Assembly: GCA_963555755.3 (NCBI GenBank)
Contig: OY820905.2
Location: 2,368,001-2,432,000, forward strand
Length of the DNA: 64,000 nt
Direction: 5' to 3'
Origin: Nitrospirales bacterium
GTDB taxonomy: Bacteria > Nitrospirota > Nitrospiria > Nitrospirales > UBA8639
The position numbers and the translations under genes are program-made. A model generated the notes under the pieces. That model was not told the DNA's origin. It did no database searches and saw nothing but the letters and a program-made list of their open reading frames with translations. Positions 32,072 to 42,775 of the stretch are shown here, one piece after another. The stretch's first letter is position 1; each line of letters opens with the position of its first letter.

Positions 32072-32806
32072 ATGGAAACAAAAGTCGCACTCATCACCGG
32101 TGGCGCACGCGGCATTGGCAAAGGCATTGCGCTTGATTTGGCCAACCAGGGATGGGCTATTGCCATTTGCTATCGATCCAGTGAACACGATTCAGAAACC
32201 ACCACAAAGGCCATCATCGAACGAGGTGGGCAAGGAATCGCCATTTGTTGCGATGTGTCTGATCCCAAAGCCTGCCAAGATTTGGTCAAGCTGATTGAAG
32301 AGAAATGGGAAAAGATTGATGTCTTGGTGAACGGGGCAGGGCCCTATCATCGGATCAATCTGTTCAACGAAACACCTGAAGGCTGGAATGAAATGTTCAC
32401 CAACAACCTGCATCCGATTTTTTATTTAGCCCAGGCCGTGGTACCAGGGATGAAAACGCGTAAGTCCGGTCGGATCATTTCGTTTAGCATGGCCAATGCG
32501 GACAAGATGGAAGCCCAGCCCATGGTCACCGCTCATTATATCGCCAAGGCTGGCATACTGATCCTCACGCGAACCCTCGCCAAAATGCTGGCGCCCGATG
32601 GCATTACGGTCAACGCGATCTCTCCAGGATTCATTGACTCAGGCAGCGCCCCACCAGAAGAACTCGAGGGCATGGCCAAGAAAATTCCCGCAGGGTATGT
32701 CGGTGAAGTGAAAGATACAATCTCGGCAGTGCGCTACCTGTTATCCGATGAAGCGCGCTATGTGACAGGAACAAACATCCACATCAGCGGCGGCTGGGGA
32801 ATGTAA
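32072..32806 (+). CDS. SDR family oxidoreductase
   Basis: TGGARGIG, YIAK, ITVNAISPG. Confidence 0.9.
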   Translation: METKVALITGGARGIGKGIALDLANQGWAIAICYRSSEHDSETTTKAIIERGGQGIAICCDVSDPKACQDLVKLIEEKWEKIDVLVNGAGPYHRINLFNETPEGWNEMFTNNLHPIFYLAQAVVPGMKTRKSGRIISFSMANADKMEAQPMVTAHYIAKAGILILTRTLAKMLAPDGITVNAISPGFIDSGSAPPEELEGMAKKIPAGYVGEVKDTISAVRYLLSDEARYVTGTNIHISGGWGM

Positions 32807-32808
32807 AG

Positions 32809-33192
32809 TCGGGTTCCGTCCCGACAGCCGAGGTTCCTTCGACGAGGCTCAGAACAGGCTCTTTTGTTTCGGCAAAAGGACCTAAAGGGTACCTCTACAA
32901 ACCAGGCATTTTTTGTGAGGGCAAGGAAGCCGCACGCGGAAAACCGGAGTGTATGGGCGAATACATGAGGATGTGAGCACGCGGCTGACGCCGCCATCAC
33001 GGAAAAGGACGGTTTTTAGAGGTGCCCTAAAACCATTTCCGCCTGTGTGTGGTCCTTCGGATCCCCTGCGCGATTCGCCAAATTTAGCAGCTGCGCAACT
33101 CGTGGAGTCTATCCTGAGTCTTGTCGAAAGACTCAAACAGTGCTTGCCTTCCCCCGAATTTGGCTACACTGCTTGGCCACCCCCAAGGCGGG
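32809..33192 (+). repeat. Repeat family E with MITE A (32887-33027, TSD TAAA) inserted
   Basis: E head split at AAAAGGACC|TAAA|ACCATTTCC. Confidence 0.85.
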
Positions 33193-33231
33193 AAAACTCT
33201 ATAAAAAAACTGTCGAGGGGTATTCCAATTT

Positions 33232-33972
33232 TCACCCCCGCCCCGTTGGGGAGAGGGGAGGGTGAGGGGGAATTTCAACCAATCTCTCTGCCCACTCGAT
33301 TCCAAACACTTCAGCAAAATATTGCGCGATTTGCTCCCGAACTTTTTTAAGATCCGGTTCATGGCCTAGTACCTCCGCCATCGACGTGACCTGACACCCT
33401 TCAATGCCGCAGGGCACGATAAACTGAAAAGGCTCAAGATCAACCGTCACGTTTAACGCAAACCCGTGCATCGTCACACCGCGAGAAATTTTCACGCCCA
33501 TGGCGGCAATCTTAGCAAAAGGTTTGTCGGGATTTTTAGGATCGCGAATCCACACACCCACAAACTTTTCTACTCGTGCTCCTTCGATCCCCCATTCCGC
33601 CAACACACGAATAATGACCTCTTCCAACATTCGCATGTAGGTCTTTGGACCTGAGCAAAATTTCCGAAGGCGCAAAATTGGATACCCAATAATCTGCCCA
33701 GGCCCATGATACGTTACCGATCCGCCACGCTCGCTTTCTACCACCTGAAGACCTTTATTTCGAAAAGCATCAACCTGGCCACCCCAATGCGCGTCTTTTG
33801 TGGTACGGCCAAGCGTCATCACCGGTTCATGTTCAAGGAGCACCAACGTATCCAGACGAGACTCCGCGATCCGCTCATCGAGAAGACGCCATTGCAACTG
33901 ACGAGCAGCTTCATAGTCCAGACGTGAGATCGAGACCAACGAGCCCTGTAGTAGAGAGGGAAAAATTGTCAC
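33232..33972 (-). CDS. lipB: Octanoyltransferase LipB
   Basis: LEHEPVMTLG, RGGSVTYHGPGQ, KIAAMG, HGFALNV, IVPCGI; start approximate (GTG). Confidence 0.93.
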   Translation of the reverse strand: MTIFPSLLQGSLVSISRLDYEAARQLQWRLLDERIAESRLDTLVLLEHEPVMTLGRTTKDAHWGGQVDAFRNKGLQVVESERGGSVTYHGPGQIIGYPILRLRKFCSGPKTYMRMLEEVIIRVLAEWGIEGARVEKFVGVWIRDPKNPDKPFAKIAAMGVKISRGVTMHGFALNVTVDLEPFQFIVPCGIEGCQVTSMAEVLGHEPDLKKVREQIAQYFAEVFGIEWAERLVEIPPHPPLSPTGRG

Positions 33973-34050
33973 TTGCGCTATTTCTTTGGGTGTACGAATA
34001 GGATTCAGCCCATGAACCAAAAGATACCGCTGAAAGGTTTCTTCATTCAA

Positions 34051-34466
34051 CCTAGAAACGACAGTTGGGCGCAAAAAAGACGTGTTCACCTCGGTAGTGA
34101 TGGGACATTTTTTTATTGTACCAGGTGCACCCAGGAGCCTGTCCGAGATTAGCGATCGTGACGAGGGGAGGCTGGATTTGGCCGGATCTTTCGATCGTTT
34201 GAGGCGAATAGTGGGACTATTCAACGAAAACGGGAAATGTTCAAAAAGGCCGTCCAGCAAGGCCGCAGGGCTTTGGGCGCGCGGAGCGTACACGGAGTAC
34301 GTGAGCACGCCAAAAGCCGGAGAACGCAGCTGGGGGCCTTTTTCAACATTCCCCGAAAAGGTTCGAACGATCTGGCCAAATCCAGCGCACCCGCAGTAGA
34401 TCGATCTAATCTTGGACAGGCTCCTGAGCTTACGCGGACTTTTGTGATCCAACTGCGGTGTTTAGG
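34051..34466. mobile_element. MITE G containing MITE B (34134-34424) containing MITE C (34232-34354)
   Basis: G TIRs with TSD TTCAA; inner TIR pairs visible. Confidence 0.88.
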
Positions 34467-34501
34467 TTCAAATGTTTGGTGAAGAGGATGACATAAAACA
34501 A

Positions 34502-34531
34502 CGGCGGAAGAAGGTGGCCCTTCTTCCGCCG
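34502..34531 (-). terminator. Hairpin after histone-like gene
   Basis: CGGCGGAAGAAGG-tggc-CCTTCTTCCGCCG, 13-bp stem. Confidence 0.7.
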
Positions 34532-34553
34532 CGTGTTCACGGTAGGTGCGTCG

Positions 34554-34739
34554 TTATTTCTTTTTCTTTGACGCAGTTTTCTTTTTGGCTGGTGCCTTTT
34601 TCTTTGCGGCACCTTTCTTTTTAGCAGGGGCTTTCTTTTTAGCCGTAGCTTTTTTCTTGGCTGGTGCTTTTTTCTTGGCAGGAGCTTTCTTCTTTGCGGC
34701 CTTCCTGGCCGGCGCCTTCTTTTTTACTGTCGGCAACAT
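34554..34739 (-). CDS. Histone H1-like Lys/Ala-rich protein
   Basis: Repeated AKKKAP with synonymous codon variation; own terminator. Confidence 0.8.
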   Translation of the reverse strand: MLPTVKKKAPARKAAKKKAPAKKKAPAKKKATAKKKAPAKKKGAAKKKAPAKKKTASKKKK

Positions 34740-35077
34740 GATCACTCATCACTTAATGAGTGTGTGCCACAGTTCCTGGTGGTTACATACTCTTTTAAAA
34801 ATATTTTTTCAATCCTTTTTTATCATTGACTGTGTACAAAATTTTTTAGAAAAAAATTTTAATCATGTAGCTACACGAACAGGCCACGCTTATTTTTTCT
34901 TTTGACCGATCAACTATGGATTGCACGTCATCATCATGACTACGCCATTCGTTTTTACCTTCTACCAATTTTCGACAATAAAAAAATTCCCTCAGCCATC
35001 ATTTATCACATTTCGCCATTCAAGAATTCATCGTAAATTGTATTTCCTGACGATTAAAAATTCCGTGATCCCGCCTA

Positions 35078-35234
35078 GGGCTCGCACAAGAATACCTTCC
35101 CCTTTTTGGGTGCTGAGACACCTGTCTGGCAAGGCGCGAGGACTGCGCATACTCCTCGTATGGAAAGGACGAGCAACGCCGCCAGACGGGATGGATCGAC
35201 GCCCAAACAGGGGAAGGTATTCTTGCGCGAGCCC
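35078..35234. mobile_element. MITE family D
   Basis: TIRs GGGCTCGCACAAGAATACCTTCCCC / GGGGAAGGTATTCTTGCGCGAGCCC. Confidence 0.88.
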
Positions 35235-35435
35235 TAAGGTTGCACGCCTGAAGAAATGGGAACACAAGGGCAATTGCCTGAAGGGAATTGCTGTCATCGC
35301 TAAAGGGAGTCTAGCTGACACCACGCATCATTCTTGCGCCCCTATTGCATTTAATAAGGAATTACCCGTTGAACCAACGTACGAAGTCAGGGTAAAAAAA
35401 TTTAGTCCTGAAAGATTCGGAGTGAAAAAACCTTA

Positions 35436-35592
35436 GGGCTCCCGCAAGAATAACTTCTCCTGTTTGGGTCCTGAGACACCTGTCTGGCAAGGCGCGAGGA
35501 CTGCGCATACTCCTCGTGTGGAAAGGACGAGCAACGCCGCCAGACTGGATTGATCGACGCCCAAACAGGGGAAGTGATTTTTGCGCGAAGCC
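35436..35592. mobile_element. MITE family D
   Basis: Near-identical to 35078-35234. Confidence 0.88.
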
Positions 35593-35603
35593 TAAGAGAA
35601 TCA

Positions 35604-35631
35604 GCTGGGAGTAGAAGACTCTACTCCCAGC
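35604..35631 (-). terminator. Hairpin after histone-like gene
   Basis: GCTGGGAGTAGA-agac-TCTACTCCCAGC, 12-bp stem. Confidence 0.7.
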
Positions 35632-35653
35632 GATGATTGGAAGATGAGATATG

Positions 35654-35800
35654 CTATCTCTTTCTAGCCGCGGCCTTTTTCTTGGCTGGTGCTTTTTTCT
35701 TAGCCGCCTTTTTCTTGGCTGGTGCTTTTTTCTTAGCCGGTGCCTTTTTCTTAGCCGGTGCTTTTTTCTTTGCCGGTGCTTTCTTCTTTGCTGTCGCCAA
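35654..35800 (-). CDS. Histone H1-like Lys/Ala-rich protein (48 aa, TTG start)
   Basis: (M)ATAKKKAPAKKKAPA...AARKR; RBS AAGGGGGTG upstream. Confidence 0.8.
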   Translation of the reverse strand: MATAKKKAPAKKKAPAKKKAPAKKKAPAKKKAAKKKAPAKKKAAARKR

Positions 35801-36182
35801 TACGCTCACCCCCTTTCCTGAATTAAGTGAAAACCTGTCCAACTATCCGTTCGAATCTCTCACGATAAAGAGCCACAGAGAAAAACCGTTTTGGGACTCT
35901 ATGTGAAATCTGTCCTCTGTCATACCCTGGTAATGATCAAAAACCTCTTTCATTCCTCCGCCTACCCAAACCTCCGCTAAAAAAAAACACTTCAGGAGCA
36001 GGTGGCCCTACTCTCGACGGCACTGTTGGAGGTTTGGAAATACTGAATGGTTTTGCGAACGCAGGAGATTGGCCACTTGTTCCATCCTTACCGTGGAGTT
36101 TCTGACTCGATCGCTTTTCATTCCTACTGGCAATTGACTCATCTCCCTGTGAGTTAGAACGTCACCGTATGCGATGAGAGGC

Positions 36183-36713
36183 TCACACAGTCCGTGTGAG
36201 GGGTCGGTCTGGTTCATCCAGGCCTTCAAAGGTATTCGGTGCAACTTTTCGAAATCGAGGATCTCGTTTTAAGGATGTCGAAACGGAAGTCACGGGAGTT
36301 TTTCCTCGAATTTGCATCCCCCCATCCAACAGGTGTTGACACAGTTCTTTCGCATGCATAGGCCGTTTCATTCCTCGTAGAATTTTGTACGCCGCGTCAG
36401 ACACGTTCATGCCGACGTATTTGCTTCGACCGAGAAGGATCTCCCGTGATCGGTCCGTTACGTCCGTACCCGGCACCGGCGGAGATCCGGTTTCATCTGT
36501 AAGGATTTGACTCGAAAGACTGCCCAGTTTCGCTTTATCGGCTTCCACCCGATATAGTGTTTTTGCCAACTCCAGGTATTTCTCAATGGTCGCAATTTCT
36601 TCATTGAGTCGCTCCCTCTTTTTTTTCAGATCCTTGAGCTTGCCATCATACGCAGTAATCCGTTGCTCTAGGCCAACGACAATGTCTTTCAATTCGTCTT
36701 TTTGATCTTCCAT
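36183..36713 (-). CDS. Coiled-coil plus winged-helix (HARE-HTH-like) protein
   Basis: MNVSDAAYKILRGMKRPMHAKEL...GKTPVTSVSTSL...FRKVAPNTF. Confidence 0.75.
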   Translation of the reverse strand: MEDQKDELKDIVVGLEQRITAYDGKLKDLKKKRERLNEEIATIEKYLELAKTLYRVEADKAKLGSLSSQILTDETGSPPVPGTDVTDRSREILLGRSKYVGMNVSDAAYKILRGMKRPMHAKELCQHLLDGGMQIRGKTPVTSVSTSLKRDPRFRKVAPNTFEGLDEPDRPLTRTV

Positions 36714-37164
36714 AAGCTTGCTTTACATTTTGCTTGCTTGCTTTTAACATTCAAAAATACATGTGTCAATAAAAAATTTAAAGAAAGTATCTATTAAATT
36801 AACACATCTTTTGAGTTTCATTAAAAATTATATCAGAATATCTATGCAAGCACCAAAATAAGTTTGTATTTTTTCTGAGCATATAGATAAATTTTAATAC
36901 TTGCTAGAATTAATACTTGAAAGCCAATATTTAGTAGTCTGAAGAAAATGGATACTATTAGTTTGATGTAAATTTTTCCATCCTCACCCTTTTTTTGGGT
37001 TAATTCTAGAATGGTCTGTTGGAGTAATCGCCTTTGTATATAATGTAGGGTTAAGATTTTGCGTTTCCTTGTTGGGGCTGTTGAATATTTCGCGTCAATT
37101 GCCAATAAAAGCTCTGGATGAGCCAAGCATTGTCAAGGGGAGGGAATGTTCAAAAAAGCATGCC

Positions 37165-38382
<1,218 letters not shown>

Positions 38383-38537
38383 GTCTTTCCGAAGGGTCTA
38401 TCCAGCAAGGCCGCAGCCATTTTGACGCGCGGAGCGTACTCATAGTACGTGAGCACGGCAAAAGGGCGAGAACGCCGCTGGCGGCTTTTTTCAACATTCC
38501 CTTGTTGAAAAACACATAGCTATAGTAAGTTCATCCC

Positions 38538-39602
38538 ATGACCGCCTTTCAATCTCTACCAATTATTGAGCCTTCTGGTCTGAATTTATTGGCCCTGAGC
38601 TTTCATGAAACATCGGCTTTGGTCGAGAAATTGAAGTGGCCAGCCTTCAGAACCCAACAGATTCTACAGTGGCTCTACCAACACCGGGCTAGAAAAATCG
38701 ATTCGATGAGTAGTCTTTCCAAGACAGATCGTGAATGTCTGCAATCCATCGCGACTATTGGTCGAGCGCCAGCCCCGACTGTCGTGTGTTCTCAAGATGG
38801 AACGCGCAAGCTCTTGTGTTCTTTGGAAAACGGGCTCCAAATTGAAAGCGTTCTGATCCCCGAGGAGCCGCGGTTGACGTTGTGTATTTCGACCCAAGTG
38901 GGCTGTACAGTTGATTGCCGATTTTGCTTGACCGGCCAAATGGGGTTAAAGCGCAATTTGAAGGCTCATGAAATCGTGGAGCAAGTGATGACCGCTCAAG
39001 ACCTTCTTCCTGAAAGTGAACGGATCACCTCACTGGTGTTTATGGGTATGGGTGAACCCCTAGCGAATATCGAGTCTGTCACGGAATCCGTCGCGCGACT
39101 CACCAATACCCGATGGGGACTTGGCATCCCTGCCCGGCGCATTACCATCTCCACCGCCGGCCTCGCACCACGACTAAAAAATATTGCCGGGTTAGGGGTC
39201 AATCTGGCCATTTCCCTCAATGCCACGACCAATGAACAACGAGATTACTTGATGCCGATGGTCAACAAGCTTCACCCGTTGCCAGAACTATTGGAAGCCT
39301 GCCGAACCTACCCATTAGGTCCCGGGCGGCTCCTGACGTTTGAATATGTCCTCTTAAGCGGAGAGAACGATTCGCCCGAAGACGCCAAACGACTGATTCA
39401 CCTGCTTAGAGGCATTCGGTGTAAAATCAATCTTATCCCGTTTAACGAATTCCCCGGCAGCTCGTTTCGCCGTCCGTCAGATGAGGCGATAGAGAAATTT
39501 CAATCTATCTTGAGACACAGTCGGTATGATGTCTTTCTAAGAAAAAGCCGCGGGCGGGATATCTTGGGAGCTTGCGGCCAACTTGGGAACATCCCTCCAT
39601 GA
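38538..39602 (+). CDS. rlmN: Dual-specificity RNA methyltransferase RlmN
   Basis: CISTQVGCTVDCRFC, FMGMGEPLAN, GACGQL. Confidence 0.95.
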   Translation: MTAFQSLPIIEPSGLNLLALSFHETSALVEKLKWPAFRTQQILQWLYQHRARKIDSMSSLSKTDRECLQSIATIGRAPAPTVVCSQDGTRKLLCSLENGLQIESVLIPEEPRLTLCISTQVGCTVDCRFCLTGQMGLKRNLKAHEIVEQVMTAQDLLPESERITSLVFMGMGEPLANIESVTESVARLTNTRWGLGIPARRITISTAGLAPRLKNIAGLGVNLAISLNATTNEQRDYLMPMVNKLHPLPELLEACRTYPLGPGRLLTFEYVLLSGENDSPEDAKRLIHLLRGIRCKINLIPFNEFPGSSFRRPSDEAIEKFQSILRHSRYDVFLRKSRGRDILGACGQLGNIPP

Positions 39603-39683
39603 AGTTATGCTAGGAGCGCTTGTTGAATATTTCATTCCAATAGCCAGTCAAAGCTCCATATGAGCTAAAGATCATCAAATGGA

Positions 39684-39836
39684 GGGAATGTTCAAAAAAG
39701 CATGCCCTGAGTCTTTCCGAAGGGTCTATCCAGCAAGGCCGCAGCCCTTTTGACGCGCGGAGCGTACTCATGTACGTGAGCACGGCAAAAGGGCGACCTG
39801 CCTGCGCGAAGGCTGGCGGCTTTTTTCAATATTCCC
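39684..39836. mobile_element. MITE family C with empty IS110 target
   Basis: TIRs GGGAATGTTCAAAAAAG / CTTTTTTCAATATTCCC. Confidence 0.88.
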
Positions 39837-39861
39837 TAAGAATAGTCCGACAAGGAGCCAT

Positions 39862-40692
39862 ATGAAGATGCTCACCATTCCGACAGTCCCACAAGTCCTC
39901 CAACAGAAAACTGAACGACTTGAAACGATCTTTCGAGAAATGGGTTCTGTGCTTGTTGCTTTTTCCGGGGGCATTGATAGCACATTGGTCCTCAAACTGG
40001 CTTACGATATGTTAGGCAACCAGGCCATCGCGGTTGTAGCCGTTTCTCCGACTTTTCCTTTAGAAGAGCTCGAAGACGTTCGAAAGATCAGTCATGAAAT
40101 TGGAGCGAATCTCATCACTGCAAATACCAATCAACTTGAGATGGCCAGTTTCGTTCGCAATGATGCCTCACGGTGTTACCATTGCAAAACGGACCTGTAT
40201 CAGCTCTTTGGCCCCATCAAACATGACACCGGAATCAGCACCGTAGTTGATGGGACGAACAGTGATGATCTCGGTGATGACCGTCCGGGCATTCAAGCCG
40301 CACGTGAACATGGCGTTCGAAGCCCTCTTGTTGAAGCGGGTTTCACCAAAGCCGATGTTCGCACCCTCGCGCGCCATCTGGGATTGTCCAACTGGGACAA
40401 ACCCGCGGCCGCCTGCCTATCGTCTCGCATTCCTCGTGGTTTGATCATTACAAAAATGAACCTTCGGCGGGTAGAACAAGCGGAGGTAATTCTCAAACAG
40501 GAAGGCTTCCGTCATGTACGGGTGCGCGATCATGAGGGGATCGCACGAATTGAAGTAGATCGACAGGAAATCGACACGTTCTTCGATTCTGGACGGAGAG
40601 AGAGAATCACCCAGGGCCTTAAAGGCCTAGGTTTTCGGTGGGTGACAGTAGACCTGGAGGGGTATCAAGTTGGCGGTGGAAATTCGAAGTAA
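39862..40692 (+). CDS. larE: LarE family ATP-dependent sulfur transferase
   Basis: AFSGGIDS, RCYHCK, DDRPG, KPAAACLSSRIP. Confidence 0.88.
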   Translation: MKMLTIPTVPQVLQQKTERLETIFREMGSVLVAFSGGIDSTLVLKLAYDMLGNQAIAVVAVSPTFPLEELEDVRKISHEIGANLITANTNQLEMASFVRNDASRCYHCKTDLYQLFGPIKHDTGISTVVDGTNSDDLGDDRPGIQAAREHGVRSPLVEAGFTKADVRTLARHLGLSNWDKPAAACLSSRIPRGLIITKMNLRRVEQAEVILKQEGFRHVRVRDHEGIARIEVDRQEIDTFFDSGRRERITQGLKGLGFRWVTVDLEGYQVGGGNSK

Positions 40693-40812
40693 GGTGAGCA
40701 TCCTCACTCTATACTTTTGCCGCCTTGACTCAATCAGAGATCGACAAAACCCTCTGTTCCCTGAACATTAGTCAAGACAGCTCAAAACGAACGAGGGCAA
40801 GTACCGTTGGAA

Positions 40813-41331
40813 TCAAGCCTGACCCGAAGGGGAATGATCCGCCGACACGGCTTGTAACGCCTCTTGTGCAAGACGACGGTTGTCTTCATCCGACAAGTTT
40901 CGTACCAGCACTTTCTCGGCAACCAGCAATGCCAGGTTTGCCGCTTCTCCCCGAATAGCCTCAAGGGCTTTTCGTCGCTCGCGTTCAATGGCTTGCGTAG
41001 CCTCAGCCTTGATCCGTTCTGACTCGACACGAAGGCGCTGCTCATTTTCTTCAAGCATGCGCTGGGATTTGTTCCGCGCTTCCGCCAGAATGGCTTCCGC
41101 TTCCTGAGCCGCGTTTCGCAACTTGGCTTCGTATTCCTGCAATCTCTGGTCAGCGGATGTCCGACTCTGTTCGGCCTGATCAATGCTGTCACGAATTTTT
41201 CGTTCGCGTGTTTCGAGCGCTTCCAGAATTGGAGGGAACGCAAACTTCGACAAGACCCATAAGAGAATCCCAAACGAAATTAGCTCCCAAAAAATCAGGG
41301 ATGAGAAAAACTGGGTATCAAATTGCGGCAT
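40813..41331 (-). CDS. atpF: ATP synthase F0 subunit b
   Basis: N-terminal TM, coiled coil, operon position. Confidence 0.93.
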   Translation of the reverse strand: MPQFDTQFFSSLIFWELISFGILLWVLSKFAFPPILEALETRERKIRDSIDQAEQSRTSADQRLQEYEAKLRNAAQEAEAILAEARNKSQRMLEENEQRLRVESERIKAEATQAIERERRKALEAIRGEAANLALLVAEKVLVRNLSDEDNRRLAQEALQAVSADHSPSGQA

Positions 41332-41343
41332 AGCGTCCGAGTC

Positions 41344-41574
41344 CTATTTTCTCAACCCCATGATGATAAAGGCGATGACCAACCCGTACAGCGCAATCGC
41401 TTCGACCAGCGCGAACCCGATCCACATGTATTTTCCCACGCGGGCCTCAGCTTCTGGTTGGCGAGCCACGGCTTCAATCATCTTTCCAAAGATATACCCA
41501 ATCCCTACACCAGCACCCGCAAACCCAGCGGCTGCCAAGCCCATTCCCAATAATGCTGAAGCTGCAGAATCCAT
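41344..41574 (-). CDS. atpE: ATP synthase F0 subunit c (H+-type)
   Basis: GAGVGIG, ARQPEA, ALVEAIALY. Confidence 0.97.
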   Translation of the reverse strand: MDSAASALLGMGLAAAGFAGAGVGIGYIFGKMIEAVARQPEAEARVGKYMWIGFALVEAIALYGLVIAFIIMGLRK

Positions 41575-41635
41575 TGTGTGTGTATCCCCCTCGTGAAATC
41601 GTTAATAAGTAAACGTATTGTTTCCAGTGTTCAGT

Positions 41636-42361
41636 TTAATGAAGATGGAGCGCATCAGCCATATACACACAGGTCAAGATCGTGAAGATATAGGCCTGGA
41701 TAACGGCGATCCCCACTTCCAATCCATACAGGACCACGGTGAAGGAAAAGGGAAGCCACCCAATTAACAACCCGCCGCTAATTGTGAGGCCAAACAGCAC
41801 CCCAAGAATGACATGCCCCGCGGTCATGTTGGCAAACAACCGTACCGACAATGAAAGCGGACGAGCCAGTTGGCTGATAATTTCAATCGGTATCATCAAG
41901 GGCAGAAGCCATCCCGGGGTCCCAGGCGGGACGAGAATCCCTAAAAATTTCACGCCGTGCAGCTTGAGCCCAATCAGTATACTTAATCCATACACCCCGA
42001 GGGCAAACACTCCTGTCACGACTAATTGACTCGTCACAGTGTACGATCCGGGAATGAGACCTAACAGATTGCAGAATAAAATGAACAAAAACAGAGTGGC
42101 GATTAAAGAAAAATACCGCATGCCCTCAGGCCCCATCGTATCGTGAATTATCCCTCGAATAAACTCCACTATTATCTCCGCCACACTTTGAATTTTGGTC
42201 GGCACCAAGGACCCTGAGGATCGGGCTTTTGTCAAAAACAAAATTATGGCCCCGACCACGACAAACATCATCACCACGGCCTTGTTGATCGAAATATCCA
42301 GGCCAAACAGTGAGAGCGGAATTAATGTATGAAGTTCAAAGGGATGGAGCGGATTGTCCAA
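41636..42361 (-). CDS. atpB: ATP synthase F0 subunit a
   Basis: SLSVRLFANMTAGH, IQAYIFTIL. Confidence 0.97.
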   Translation of the reverse strand: MDNPLHPFELHTLIPLSLFGLDISINKAVVMMFVVVGAIILFLTKARSSGSLVPTKIQSVAEIIVEFIRGIIHDTMGPEGMRYFSLIATLFLFILFCNLLGLIPGSYTVTSQLVVTGVFALGVYGLSILIGLKLHGVKFLGILVPPGTPGWLLPLMIPIEIISQLARPLSLSVRLFANMTAGHVILGVLFGLTISGGLLIGWLPFSFTVVLYGLEVGIAVIQAYIFTILTCVYMADALHLH

Positions 42362-42381
42362 CGGAACCTCGGTTTCCTAAA

Positions 42382-42538
42382 GGGTTCGCGCAAAAATAAT
42401 TTCCCATGTTTGGGCGTCGATCCATCCCGTCTGGCGGCGTTGCTCGTCCTTTCCATAGGAGGAGTATGCGCAGTCCTGGCGTCTTACCAGACAGACGTCT
42501 CATCACCCAAACATGGGAAGTTATTCTCGCGCGAACCC
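42382..42538. mobile_element. MITE family D inside the atp operon
   Basis: TIRs GGGTTCGCGCAAAAATAATTTCCCATGTTTGGG / CCCAAACATGGGAAGTTATTCTCGCGCGAACCC. Confidence 0.9.
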
Positions 42539-42547
42539 TTATGTGAC

Positions 42548-42775
42548 TTAACGCGAAGAGTTATCCCAACGTTGGGCTGTTCGGTAGGCGTTTCGAATGC
42601 CAGTGACGAGCCCTAAGATTAAACCCAGAACTAATCCCCAAGGTGTTGAGGAAAGTAGATAGGTATCAACAACCCAACCCAGACCACCGCCAACGATCAG
42701 AGCGGCTATGAGGTCTGTTCCCACCCTCATAGCCTGTCCCAAACCTGCAAACATGGGGTCTTGAGACGAAGGCAT
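42548..42775 (-). CDS. AtpZ/AtpI family protein
   Basis: GGGLGWVVDTYL..PWGLVLGLILG; first gene of the F0 operon. Confidence 0.85.
   Translation of the reverse strand: MPSSQDPMFAGLGQAMRVGTDLIAALIVGGGLGWVVDTYLLSSTPWGLVLGLILGLVTGIRNAYRTAQRWDNSSR

Noticed and set aside
33973..34452. 160-aa N-terminal extension of LipB
   Set aside because: Mostly translation of nested MITEs G/B/C
34546..35906. 18-bp periodic DNA repeats as a CRISPR array, and plus-strand FFLAGA ORFs
   Set aside because: No unique spacers and no cas genes; periodicity is the AKKKAP coding repeat and the plus-strand ORFs are its antisense
36730..37070. AT-rich tract as a replication origin
   Set aside because: No DnaA-box cluster recognised and no dnaA/dnaN/gidA context; better explained as a divergent promoter region
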